Source of the DNA: Phycisphaerae bacterium
Lineage (GTDB): Bacteria; Planctomycetota; Phycisphaerae; SM23-33
Length of the DNA stretch: 64,000 bases
Assembly (NCBI GenBank): GCA_018335035.1
Contig: JAGXKT010000010.1
Coordinates: 28-64,027 of the forward strand
Direction: 5' to 3'
Shown piece by piece: positions 49,320 through 58,432 of the stretch. Within the stretch, counting starts at the first letter, position 1; every line of letters begins with the position of its first letter. The position numbers and the translations under genes are program-made. The notes under the pieces are model-generated. The model saw only the letters and a list, made by a program, of their open reading frames with translations, did not search any database and was not told where the DNA came from.

Positions 49320-50033
49320 CTACCTGCCTGAGATATTCGTCAGATCGTCGCCGGTGCCGTACAACCGGTCCACGCCCGCGGCGATCAGGATGAACCTGCC
49401 ATCCTGGTACGGCGTGTTGCCGCCCTCCACGCGCGGGTCCCTGAGCCAGTCTTCGAAGTCGCCGTCCTCAACGGTCCAGTTCTCGTGCGTGTCGTCAATA
49501 AGATACTCCCCGTTGTCGGCCTCACGGTACTGATCGAGATCGCCCGTGCGCCGGGACGGGTAATACAGGATCGCCATCGGTCGGGAGCCGAAGCGGTCCG
49601 AAATGCTGTTGACCGCATCGCCGCAATACCGGTCGCGACGGATGTCGTCCGGATTGAACAAATCGCTGTCTTGCGCGTTGTCTGACAACTGGCACTTGGC
49701 GTAGAGCGTCTCGGCCGAGGTGATCTCGTGGTCGACGTTGACGTACGAGACGGCATCGTCGGGGTCGACGTCCGGATTGAACAGCTCGGCGCCCAGGATC
49801 TGGCTGCCGGTGTAGTCGTCGCCGCGCCATCCCGTGTAGATCTGGCCGGGATACAGGTGGTGTTCCTCCCAGAACGCCTGGCAGGCCGTCGATAGTTCGG
49901 TGACGCGGGCCTGCGACTCCGTGGCATGAGCGACATTGATGGCGGAGTTCAGCGCCGGCATCAGAATCGCCGCCAGCAGCACGATGATGCTGATCACCAC
50001 CAGAAGTTCGATCAAGGTAAACGCCGGCCGCAT
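49320..50033 (-). CDS. gspG: GspG-family pseudopilin-like protein, paralog 1
   Basis: Start set at MRPAFTLIELLVVISIIVLLAAILMPAL. C-terminus FILIAAGVDRLYGTGDDLTN. Confidence 0.65.
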   Translation of the reverse strand: MRPAFTLIELLVVISIIVLLAAILMPALNSAINVAHATESQARVTELSTACQAFWEEHHLYPGQIYTGWRGDDYTGSQILGAELFNPDVDPDDAVSYVNVDHEITSAETLYAKCQLSDNAQDSDLFNPDDIRRDRYCGDAVNSISDRFGSRPMAILYYPSRRTGDLDQYREADNGEYLIDDTHENWTVEDGDFEDWLRDPRVEGGNTPYQDGRFILIAAGVDRLYGTGDDLTNISGR

Positions 50034-50183
50034 GCCCCGGGCGGCGCTCCTCAGCGCCTCAGGCCGCCGCGACCGACGGGAACAGGGGCCTACCGGCGGC
50101 GTGACCCGCACCGCCCCCGCCGGGCGCCGCACGCTATGGGATATCGCGACAGACGGCATGATCCGTTCCTTCCCTAGGGGCGT

Positions 50184-51443
50184 CTACTGCTGCTGTTGCA
50201 CGGTTTCGAGCATCTTCGGTAATGGGATAAACAGGGCGATAACGATGAAGCCGACGATCACGCCGAGGGTGATGACCATCACGGGCTCAAGCAGACTCGC
50301 CAGCGAATTGACGAGACTGTCGACCTCCTCGTCGTAGGTATCCGCGACTTTGACGAGCATTTTGTCCAGCTCACCCGTCTCCTCCCCGACGTCGATCATG
50401 TTGGTGACCATCGGGTCGGCCACCCGCGCCTGGCGCAGCGGTTCGGCGAAGCTCTCGCCCTCGCGGATGCCGTCGTGCACGTCGTTCAGCGCCCCCGAAA
50501 TCACCGTATTCCCGGAGGTCTCGGACGTGATATTCAGCGCCTCGAGAATCGGAACGCCGGCCGCAAGCAGCGTGCCCATCGTTCGCGTGAACCGGGCAAT
50601 GGCCTGCTTGGAGATGATCCTGCCGATGATCGGCACGCGCAGCTTCAGGCGGTCGACGAATTGCCGCCCGCCGGGCGTGGTTTTGATCAGGCGGAAGATG
50701 AACCAGATCAGGAAGGGCGAGCCGAGGATGACCGCCCAGCCGAAGTCGTCTTTGACCCACATGCTGAAATCAACCAGCGCCTGCGTAATGCCGGGCAGTT
50801 CCGAGCCCATGCTTTTGAAGATCTTGTCGAACTTGGGCACAATGAACGCCAACAGCAACGTCACGATAATCAGCGCGAAGCTGATGACCGCGATGGGATA
50901 CACCATCGCGCCGATGACCTTGCGTTTCAGCGCCTGGGATTTCTCCATGAAATCGGCCAGGCGGTCGAGAACGAGGTCCAACACGCCGCCGAGTTCACCG
51001 GCGCGGATCATATTGGTGTAGAGCTTGTCGAAGGCCTTGGGATGGCGCTCCATCGCCTCTGACAGCGTGGAGCCGGCCTCGACATCCTCGGCCACGAGCC
51101 GCAGCCCGACGCGCAACATGCCGGGCTTCTGCTGTTGCTCGAGAATGCGCAACGAGCGGACAATCGGCAGTCCGGCGTCGATCAGCGTGGACAACTGACG
51201 CGTGAACTGCGTCAGCAGCTTCTTGTTGACGCGCCCGACGGTGCGGCGCCCGCCCCCGCTGCCGCCGCCCCCACCGGACTGCTTCGCCGCGGCCTTGGGG
51301 GGCTTGCCCGCCTGCTTGAGCTTGGTGGGAAACAACCCCAGCGCTCGGATCTTGGTGGCCGCCTCCTCGGGCGACCCGGCATCGAGCTTGTCCTTGACAG
51401 GCTGGCCGGAGTTGTTCATCGCTTCATACTGATACGTAGGCAT
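50184..51443 (-). CDS. gspF: Type II secretion / type IV pilus platform protein (GspF/PilC family)
   Basis: Two T2SSF repeats, three TM segments. LSTLIDAGLPIVRSLRIL...FTRTMGTLLAAGVPILEAL. Confidence 0.85.
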   Translation of the reverse strand: MPTYQYEAMNNSGQPVKDKLDAGSPEEAATKIRALGLFPTKLKQAGKPPKAAAKQSGGGGGSGGGRRTVGRVNKKLLTQFTRQLSTLIDAGLPIVRSLRILEQQQKPGMLRVGLRLVAEDVEAGSTLSEAMERHPKAFDKLYTNMIRAGELGGVLDLVLDRLADFMEKSQALKRKVIGAMVYPIAVISFALIIVTLLLAFIVPKFDKIFKSMGSELPGITQALVDFSMWVKDDFGWAVILGSPFLIWFIFRLIKTTPGGRQFVDRLKLRVPIIGRIISKQAIARFTRTMGTLLAAGVPILEALNITSETSGNTVISGALNDVHDGIREGESFAEPLRQARVADPMVTNMIDVGEETGELDKMLVKVADTYDEEVDSLVNSLASLLEPVMVITLGVIVGFIVIALFIPLPKMLETVQQQQ

Positions 51444-51499
51444 GACCTTGCTCCTGTCCGCTGCTTACGGACACATCGCGTCCACGGCGCCCGCCGGCG

Positions 51500-53257
51500 C
51501 TACGCCTCCACGTCCTCGTAGATCGTCTGGGAGACGACCTCTTCGATCGTGGTCTGCCCGTCATAGATCATCAGCAGTCCGCTCTCGCGCAGGGTGCGCA
51601 TGCCGCGCCGCCGAGCGGCCTCGCGAAGCACGTTCGTGCTCCGCCGCTCCATAATCAAGCTTCGCAGTTCGTCGTCCAGCACCATCATCTCGAACATCGC
51701 CGTCCGCCCGCTGTAGCCCGTCCCACGGCAGAAGTCGCAGCCCCCGCCGCGGTAGAAAGTCCGCCCTTGTACGTCCTGCGGCGTCAACCCCAGCTCCATA
51801 AGCATCTCTTCGGTGGGGGTATAGGCCTCCTTGCATCGCGGGCAGATCACCCGCACCAGACGCTGGGCCACGATGCCCTCCAGGGTGGCGGTAATCAGGT
51901 ACGGCGGCAGGCCCAGGTCCAGAATCCGCGCGATCGACGACGGCGCGTCGTTGGTGTGCAGCGTGGTGAACACCAGGTGTCCGGTCAACGACGCCTGCAC
52001 GGCGATCTGCGCCGTCTCCAGATCGCGAACCTCGCCGACAAGCACGATGTCCGGGTCCTGCCGAAGGAAAGACCGCAAGCAGCGGGCGAACGTCAGCCCG
52101 ATCTCGTCGTTGATCTGTGTCTGAACCAACCCGTCGATGTCGTACTCGACGGGGTTCTCGGCCGTGAGGACCTTCGTTTCGATGTCGTTCAACTCACGCA
52201 GGGCGGAGTATAGGGTGGTGGTCTTGCCGCTTCCGGTCGGCCCCGTGACAATCACAATGCCGTTGGGCCTCTCGATCAGACGCCGGAAGACGCGCATGTC
52301 ATCTTCGCGCATGCCGAGCTTTTCGATGTCGAGCGATACCTGGGAGCGGTCCAGAACGCGCATCACGACGCTCTCGCCGAACATGGTCGGCAACACGCTG
52401 ACGCGCAGGTCCACCGGCGAGCCGTTGACGACCAGTTCGATGCGTCCGTCCTGCGGCACGCGGCGCTCGGCGATGTCCAGCCCGCTCATTACCTTGATTC
52501 GCGAGGCGACCGCCACCGCGATCGAGGCCGGCGGCGGAAGCATCTCGTACAGGAGCCCGTCGATGCGATACCGCATCTTGAACTCGTCCTCGAACGGCTC
52601 GAAATGGATGTCCGAGGCCCGGTTGCGGATGGCCTCCAGCAGGACCATGTTCACCAGCCGCTTGACCGGGTTTGCGTCGGCCATCTCCTTGATCGTGTCC
52701 AGATCGATGCTCTCGCCGCGATCCTCCAGCATGGCGAGGTGCTCGTTGCCCGCAATCTCGTTGATCAGCTCCCCGATCGACTCCGGCTCGACGTCGTAGT
52801 ACTTCATCAACGCCGTCTCGATCTGCTTCTCGTCGGTGATCTTGGCGGTCACCTCGTAGCCCATCAGCGTTCGCAGATCGTCGGTCGCCTGGAAGTTATC
52901 CGCCGAGCCCAGCGCCACGACAAGGTGATGCGTCGCTTCGTCGTACTCCAGCGGGATGATGCCGTACGACTTGGCCATCTGCGAGGGCACCTGGCGGATG
53001 ACGTCGTCGGGCACGTCGTATGAGTCCAGGTCGACGTACTCCATCCCGGCCTGGTAGGCCAACGCCAGCGACAGCGTCCTGGCGTCAATATGCCCCAAAT
53101 CCACCAAGATCTGCCCCAACGGCCCGCCGCGGTCCTTCTGGACCTCCTGGGCCTCACGCACCTGCTCGCGGGTCACCTTGCCCATCTTGACCAGCACCCG
53201 CCCGATGTGCCGCCCGCGATACTGATGGATCCTCTGTTGTTCGCCCGCCTTATCCAT
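51500..53257 (-). CDS. gspE: T2SS/T4P assembly ATPase (GspE/PilB family) with N-terminal GspII domain
   Basis: IVTGPTGSGKTTTLYSAL (Walker A), LVGEVRD, C-terminal CPRC...CDFC zinc motif. Confidence 0.85.
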   Translation of the reverse strand: MDKAGEQQRIHQYRGRHIGRVLVKMGKVTREQVREAQEVQKDRGGPLGQILVDLGHIDARTLSLALAYQAGMEYVDLDSYDVPDDVIRQVPSQMAKSYGIIPLEYDEATHHLVVALGSADNFQATDDLRTLMGYEVTAKITDEKQIETALMKYYDVEPESIGELINEIAGNEHLAMLEDRGESIDLDTIKEMADANPVKRLVNMVLLEAIRNRASDIHFEPFEDEFKMRYRIDGLLYEMLPPPASIAVAVASRIKVMSGLDIAERRVPQDGRIELVVNGSPVDLRVSVLPTMFGESVVMRVLDRSQVSLDIEKLGMREDDMRVFRRLIERPNGIVIVTGPTGSGKTTTLYSALRELNDIETKVLTAENPVEYDIDGLVQTQINDEIGLTFARCLRSFLRQDPDIVLVGEVRDLETAQIAVQASLTGHLVFTTLHTNDAPSSIARILDLGLPPYLITATLEGIVAQRLVRVICPRCKEAYTPTEEMLMELGLTPQDVQGRTFYRGGGCDFCRGTGYSGRTAMFEMMVLDDELRSLIMERRSTNVLREAARRRGMRTLRESGLLMIYDGQTTIEEVVSQTIYEDVEA

Positions 53258-53263
53258 GGCTCG

Positions 53264-54436
53264 TCAGGTCCTCTGTTCCCCCTGGTCGGGTACGCCGCCC
53301 GCGATCGCGCGGACGCCGCCGGCGGCCTGGGCCGCCTCCTCGCTCAACCCGCTGCCGCTGGCCTCAATGCGGTCGTGCATCTCGGCCGCGTTATGCGATC
53401 GGTCGATCGCATCGATGTCGCTGATCTTGCCCTCCCGGTACAACTGCAGCAGGTGATCGTCCATCAACTGCATGCCCAGCTTCTTGCCCGTCTGGATTGA
53501 CGAGGGAATGCGGAAGGTCTTGTTCTCCCGGACCAGGTTGCTGATCGCATTGGTCACGTAGAGAAACTCGAACGCCGCCACCATCCCCCGCACGTCCTTT
53601 CGCGGAAGCAGCACCTGCGACAGCACCGAGATCAACGATTCCGACAGCATCACCCGGATCCGCTCCTGTTCGGCCGTCGGGAACATGTCCACGATGCGCG
53701 TGACCGTGCGGTGCGCGCTGGTCGTGTGCAGCGTGCCGAAGACCAGGTGCCCCGTTTCCGCCGCCTGAAGCGCCGCTTCCACCGTCTCCAGGTCACGCAA
53801 CTCCCCGACGAGAATCACGTCCGGGTCCTGCCGCAACACGCGACGCAACGCCTCGGCGAAGCTCGGCACGTCCACCCCCACCTCCCGCTGACTGATCAGC
53901 GACTTCTTGTGCGGGTGGTAGAACTCGATCGGGTCCTCGATCGTGATGATGTGCTTGTCGAATTCCCGGTTGATGTAGTCGATCAACGTCGCCAGCGTCG
54001 TCGTCTTACCCGAGCCGGTCGGACCGGTCACCAGGAACATCCCACGCGGACGACGACACAAGCTCTTGGTGACCTCCGGAAGCCCGATCTCCTCGAAGCT
54101 GAACAGCTTGGCCGGAATCAGCCGCAACGTCAGCGACAGGTTTCCCCGCTGCTGAAACACCGCCGTGCGAAAACGCCCCACCTCCCGGAACTCGAAGCCG
54201 AAGTCCGTCCCCCCCTGCTCCTGGAGCTCCTGCTGCGCCCGCTCAGGCGTGATCGCCTTCATCATCGCCTCGGTGTCGGCCGGCTCAAGGACTTTCGTCT
54301 CCAAGGAACGAAGTCGTCCGTGCAGTCGGAGCGTCGGCTGACGCCCCACGTGCAGGTGCAAGTCACTGGCCCCCCGCTTGATGCACGTCTCCAGCAGTCT
54401 GTCAATGTGCGGCGTGCTGGGCTGCGATTTCGCCAT
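53264..54436 (-). CDS. pilT: Type IV pilus retraction ATPase PilT
   Basis: ASDLHLHVGRQPTLRLHG, LVTGPTGSGKTTTLATLIDYIN, ILVGELRDLETV, GHLVFGTLHT. Start set at MAKSQ (GGAAG 7 nt upstream). 408 aa as the track has it. Confidence 0.85.
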   Translation of the reverse strand: MAKSQPSTPHIDRLLETCIKRGASDLHLHVGRQPTLRLHGRLRSLETKVLEPADTEAMMKAITPERAQQELQEQGGTDFGFEFREVGRFRTAVFQQRGNLSLTLRLIPAKLFSFEEIGLPEVTKSLCRRPRGMFLVTGPTGSGKTTTLATLIDYINREFDKHIITIEDPIEFYHPHKKSLISQREVGVDVPSFAEALRRVLRQDPDVILVGELRDLETVEAALQAAETGHLVFGTLHTTSAHRTVTRIVDMFPTAEQERIRVMLSESLISVLSQVLLPRKDVRGMVAAFEFLYVTNAISNLVRENKTFRIPSSIQTGKKLGMQLMDDHLLQLYREGKISDIDAIDRSHNAAEMHDRIEASGSGLSEEAAQAAGGVRAIAGGVPDQGEQRT

Positions 54437-54569
54437 CGGCATGCTTCCTTCTGCTAGCGCATTATTCGGGTTCCAGCCACCGCCGACCACGGCCCGCGGG
54501 CCGGGGCGCGCTGGTCAATAGCACTAACCTTTTGAAATACAATACTTTACCTTCCTCCACCGTCGAGGG

Positions 54570-56273
54570 CTACTCCGTGAGCAACTCCGTCGTCTGCGTG
54601 ATGCGCCCCAGTTCTTCAGGCGTCGTGACGCCGTTGAGAATCTTGCGACGACCGTCCTCCAACAGCATCCGCATGCCCGACGACCGCGCCGCTTCACGAA
54701 TCTCGCTCAGCGGGGCTTGGTTGAATGCCAACTCCCGAAGCGTGTTGTTCATCTCCATCAATTCGAAAATCCCCTGCCGCCCTCGGTATCCCAACCCGTG
54801 GCATGCGTTGCAACCCCTTCCACGATAAAAGGTTCGCCCCTTTATCTCCTCTTCGGTAAACCCCAGCAGCCGCAACGTGCGCTCGTCCGGGCTGGGGTCT
54901 TCCTCCCGGCATTCCGGACAGATCACGCGTACCAGCCGCTGCGCCATTACGGCCTGCACGCTACTGGCCACAAGGAAGGGCTTGACCCCCATGTCGATCA
55001 AGCGGGCAATCGCCGACGGCGCGTCGTTCGTGTGAAGTGTACTGAAAACCAGGTGTCCTGTCAGAGAGGCCTGAATAGCGACCTCGGCCACCTCAATATC
55101 GCGAATCTCGCCAACAAGAATGATATTTGGGGCTTGGCGCAGCATGGACCGCAGGATCGCCGCGAAGCTCAGGCCGATCTGGTCGTTGACCTGCACCTGA
55201 TTGATGCCGGTGAAGTTGTACTCCACCGGGTCCTCGGCCGTGATGATTTTGCGATCCGGGCGATTCAGTTCATTGATGGCCGCGTAAAGCGTCGTCGTCT
55301 TGCCCGATCCGGTCGGGCCGGTTACGAGGAACACGCCGTTGGGACGCTTGATGATGTTCAGGAAACGCTGGTAGTCTTCCTGGTCGAATCCCAGCGCCGG
55401 GATGCCCATCTTGGCGCTCTCCGGCCGCAGAATCCGCAAGACGATGCTTTCGCCGTGATACGCCGGAAGGGCCGAGACGCGGAAGTCCACCTGGGACCCG
55501 CCTACGGTCATCTTGATCCGCCCGTCCTGCGGGAGGCGGCGTTCGGCCAGGTCAAGGCCCGCCATGATCTTGAAGCGGTTGACCACGGAGCCCTGCATCC
55601 GCTTGGGAATGTTGTCGCGCTCCATACAAACGCCGTCGACGCGATACCGCACGCGCACGCGGTCCGCCATCGGCTCGATGTGAATGTCGCTGGCGCGCAT
55701 ATTGACCGCTTCGGTGATGATCATCGTCACCAAGCGGATAATGGGCGCATCTTCTCCGTCGCCTTCGTCTTCGCCGACCCGGGCGGCGACTTCTTCCTCA
55801 GGAGAGCGCATCTCGCTGACGGCCTCGTCGACGCTGACGTCACCGCGGACATATTGCTCCACGAAGCCGCGCAGCTTGGACTTGGACGCCAGGGCCGGTA
55901 CGATCTCCTTGCCCAGGCGAAAGCGAAGCATATCCAGCGTTTCGAGGTCCAGCGGGTCGGTGATAATCACCTTGACACGATCGTCCTCGGCGCCGAGAGG
56001 AAGCACCAGGTGGCGCCGAATGATCTCCTGCGGGATCAGATCGGTGTCGCTCGGCGCTACGACGTTGCGCTCGAGGTCGATGTACTCCATGTCGTACTGA
56101 CTGGCCAGTGCCTTGGTGACGTCCTCCTCGTCGGCGACGCCCAATGCCACCATCGCCTCGCCGATGCGCATCCCCTCGGCCTGGGCGTGCTGCAACGCTT
56201 CCTCCACGCCGCTTGGGGTGACGACCCCCCAATCCACGAGAATCTCGCCCAGTCGTCGTCGTTTCCGTGCCAT
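54570..56273 (-). CDS. Second T2SS/T4P assembly ATPase (GspE/PilB family)
   Basis: Start set at MARKRRRLGEILVDWGVV (GAAGG 8 nt upstream). LVTGPTGSGKTTTLYAAINEL, LVGEIRD, CPEC...CNAC. Paralog of 51500..53257. Confidence 0.85.
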   Translation of the reverse strand: MARKRRRLGEILVDWGVVTPSGVEEALQHAQAEGMRIGEAMVALGVADEEDVTKALASQYDMEYIDLERNVVAPSDTDLIPQEIIRRHLVLPLGAEDDRVKVIITDPLDLETLDMLRFRLGKEIVPALASKSKLRGFVEQYVRGDVSVDEAVSEMRSPEEEVAARVGEDEGDGEDAPIIRLVTMIITEAVNMRASDIHIEPMADRVRVRYRVDGVCMERDNIPKRMQGSVVNRFKIMAGLDLAERRLPQDGRIKMTVGGSQVDFRVSALPAYHGESIVLRILRPESAKMGIPALGFDQEDYQRFLNIIKRPNGVFLVTGPTGSGKTTTLYAAINELNRPDRKIITAEDPVEYNFTGINQVQVNDQIGLSFAAILRSMLRQAPNIILVGEIRDIEVAEVAIQASLTGHLVFSTLHTNDAPSAIARLIDMGVKPFLVASSVQAVMAQRLVRVICPECREEDPSPDERTLRLLGFTEEEIKGRTFYRGRGCNACHGLGYRGRQGIFELMEMNNTLRELAFNQAPLSEIREAARSSGMRMLLEDGRRKILNGVTTPEELGRITQTTELLTE

Positions 56274-56603
56274 GTTGCTACCTTCGCGACTGCAGAGCCC
56301 GCAGCGGCCCACTAGCGGAGCGATGCCGCCCTGCCGTGCTGCGCAGCGAATCGTTTGCCGCATCCACGGTGCTGTCGGGCGCTGCCGGAGAGGAAGGAGT
56401 TACAGATGAGGGCGGGACCGCCCGGACGCCCCACAGGACGCCCTTGAAAACTCCGACCGTGCCCGGAAAAACGATGAGATCCGGAATGCACATGGATTTT
56501 ACCACCCTGATGCGCTAAGGGTCAAGCTCCCGATGCCGCCAGGGCGCCGGCTCACGCGAGTGGCCGGCCGGGCGACGGGCACGATGGCCCGCCGCACGAG
56601 AGA

Positions 56604-57062
56604 TCAGCTGCTCGTACCCCCCCCGTCGATCACCGCGTAGACCCGCTCGAATCCCATCGCAGCCATGCGATTGCCAAGACGGAGAGCCCGCTCGCCGGTA
56701 CGACAGTACACCAGGTACGCTGTGTCACGGTCGAACGCGTCGAGCCGACTCGTCAGCATCCGCTCACCGGCGTGAACGTCAACGTGCACGGCCCCGGCGA
56801 GATGGCCCCGCTCGTACGCGCTGCCCGAGCGACAGTCCAGCACGGTCAACGACTCCCCGCCGGCAAGCATGCCGGCCGCCTGCTCCGGAACGATCAGCCA
56901 TGCGACCGCGGGGCGAGCCGAGCGGCCGCAAGTTGTACAGCCGCGCGGGCCGTCTATGCCGCCGCACGAGGTAACGCCAAGGGTGACCAGCGCGACGCTC
57001 CACCACGCCGCCCGGTTCAGTCGGGCGCGCGGGGCGCGTTCGGGGTGAATCGATCGATGCAC
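56604..57062 (-). CDS. Rhodanese-domain lipoprotein (single-domain sulfurtransferase)
   Basis: LTVLDCRSGSAYERGHLAGAVHV...YLVYCRTGERA is the rhodanese fold with an active-site Cys. Start re-set to GTG 57062 with a perfect GAGGAG 7 nt upstream. Leader ...AAWWSVALVTLGVTSC has a V-T-S-C lipobox. Confidence 0.6.
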   Translation of the reverse strand: MHRSIHPERAPRARLNRAAWWSVALVTLGVTSCGGIDGPRGCTTCGRSARPAVAWLIVPEQAAGMLAGGESLTVLDCRSGSAYERGHLAGAVHVDVHAGERMLTSRLDAFDRDTAYLVYCRTGERALRLGNRMAAMGFERVYAVIDGGGTSS

Positions 57063-57176
57063 ATATCGGCTCCTCGCTGCTTGCGTCAGTTCGTGTTCCC
57101 GCCGACGCGGGAACGGGCAAGACGCCAACCCGCGAGGGGCAGGCGCGGCGTCCCACCCGTCCGGGTGGCGGGCGGC

Positions 57177-58346
57177 TCACGCCGTCTCTGGCCGGGCGCT
57201 ACCGCGCGACGACGTCTGCTCGGGCGGCAGATCGACCTGTTCGTCGACGTCCTCGACGCATCGCGCGGCGAGACAATCCTCAACGCTCAATCCGTGGTTG
57301 TTCAGCAACCGCAGGGGGGTCTCGGGCTGGTGCGTCCGGTTGGACAGGTAGATCGCCTCGACAACGGCCAGATTCAGTAGGTTCTCACGTGCGGACGCCT
57401 CATAGCGATTCGCCCCGGCTGCGACGGCATGGACGAAGGCCTCGGCCTGCCTGCGGAAGATGTCGCGCGGCGGCGCCTCTTCGGCAACACTGTCGAGCAG
57501 GTTTCCGTCCGGGTCGCGCAGAAGGCACTGTTGGTCGTCGGTGCGAAGCGACCCGCGGCGCCCGTGGAGGCACAGCTCCTCGCTGACCGGTCCGGACGAC
57601 CGTGTCGTGACGACCGTGGCCATGCCCCCGTCGGCATATCGCAGGATCGCCGCGGCCGTGTCGTCCGTATCGTACACCGGCAGCGTCGCGCCGCAGGTCG
57701 CGGGCGTATCCGGGCGGTTACCCTCCGCCGCCAGGCCGTACACCTGCTCCGGAAGCCCGCGCAGCCAGAGCATCAGATCGATGGGGTGGTAGCCCAGTTC
57801 CATCAGCGCGCCGCCGCCGGCGGCCTCCGCGTCGCCCCGCCAGCCGAGCTGCGGGCCCCAGTTGAACAGATAGTGCGCTCGCCCCAGGAAGATACGCCCC
57901 AGGCGATGGCGCAGCTCGAATGCGCGGCGGTATGTCATGGTGAATCGCCGCTGCGTGCCGACGGCCAACAGCAGGCCCGCCTCGTCCATGCGCCGCACCA
58001 TCGCCACGCCCTCGGCGAGATTCCGCGCCGGCGGGGCCTCTGTCCAGACATGGATGCCACGTTCGGCGCAGGCCGCGACCAGCGGCGGCGCAAGATAGGG
58101 CGGCACGGCGAGAAACACCGCGCGCGGGCGTGTCTCGGCCAGAAGGGACCGGTTGTCGCTATAGACGGGCGCCGGCGGGCCGCCGCGCTCGGCAGCCACC
58201 TGATGCGCAATCCGATCGGCCGCACCGGTGACGCGGTCGGAGACGCCCACCACGCGGGCGCAATCGCTGCCGGCCAGGCCGCGCAGCGTCATCTGTCCGA
58301 TGCCGGCAACGCCGATAATCGCTACGGGAACGCTCTGGTCGCTCAT
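57177..58346 (-). CDS. Gfo/Idh/MocA-family NAD(P)-dependent oxidoreductase
   Basis: VAIIGVAGIGQMTLRGL Rossmann N-terminus and the typical family architecture. Confidence 0.75.
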   Translation of the reverse strand: MSDQSVPVAIIGVAGIGQMTLRGLAGSDCARVVGVSDRVTGAADRIAHQVAAERGGPPAPVYSDNRSLLAETRPRAVFLAVPPYLAPPLVAACAERGIHVWTEAPPARNLAEGVAMVRRMDEAGLLLAVGTQRRFTMTYRRAFELRHRLGRIFLGRAHYLFNWGPQLGWRGDAEAAGGGALMELGYHPIDLMLWLRGLPEQVYGLAAEGNRPDTPATCGATLPVYDTDDTAAAILRYADGGMATVVTTRSSGPVSEELCLHGRRGSLRTDDQQCLLRDPDGNLLDSVAEEAPPRDIFRRQAEAFVHAVAAGANRYEASARENLLNLAVVEAIYLSNRTHQPETPLRLLNNHGLSVEDCLAARCVEDVDEQVDLPPEQTSSRGSARPETA

Positions 58347-58432
58347 GGGCGGTATCGTACCGCGCCGTGCGCGGCGCGCCAGGCAGATTCCCTCGGGCGA
58401 AGGCGAAACGCCCGACCGCCTGAGGAAAATGC

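Noticed and set aside
56406-56447. 13-codon ORF (MRAGPPGRPTGRP) with a very strong GGAGAGGAAGGAG site in the pilus-operon upstream region, opposite strand
   Set aside because: Too short and G/P/R-rich, as expected by chance in GC-rich DNA. There is no evidence of function. Could be revisited as a leader peptide if transcript data show plus-strand expression.
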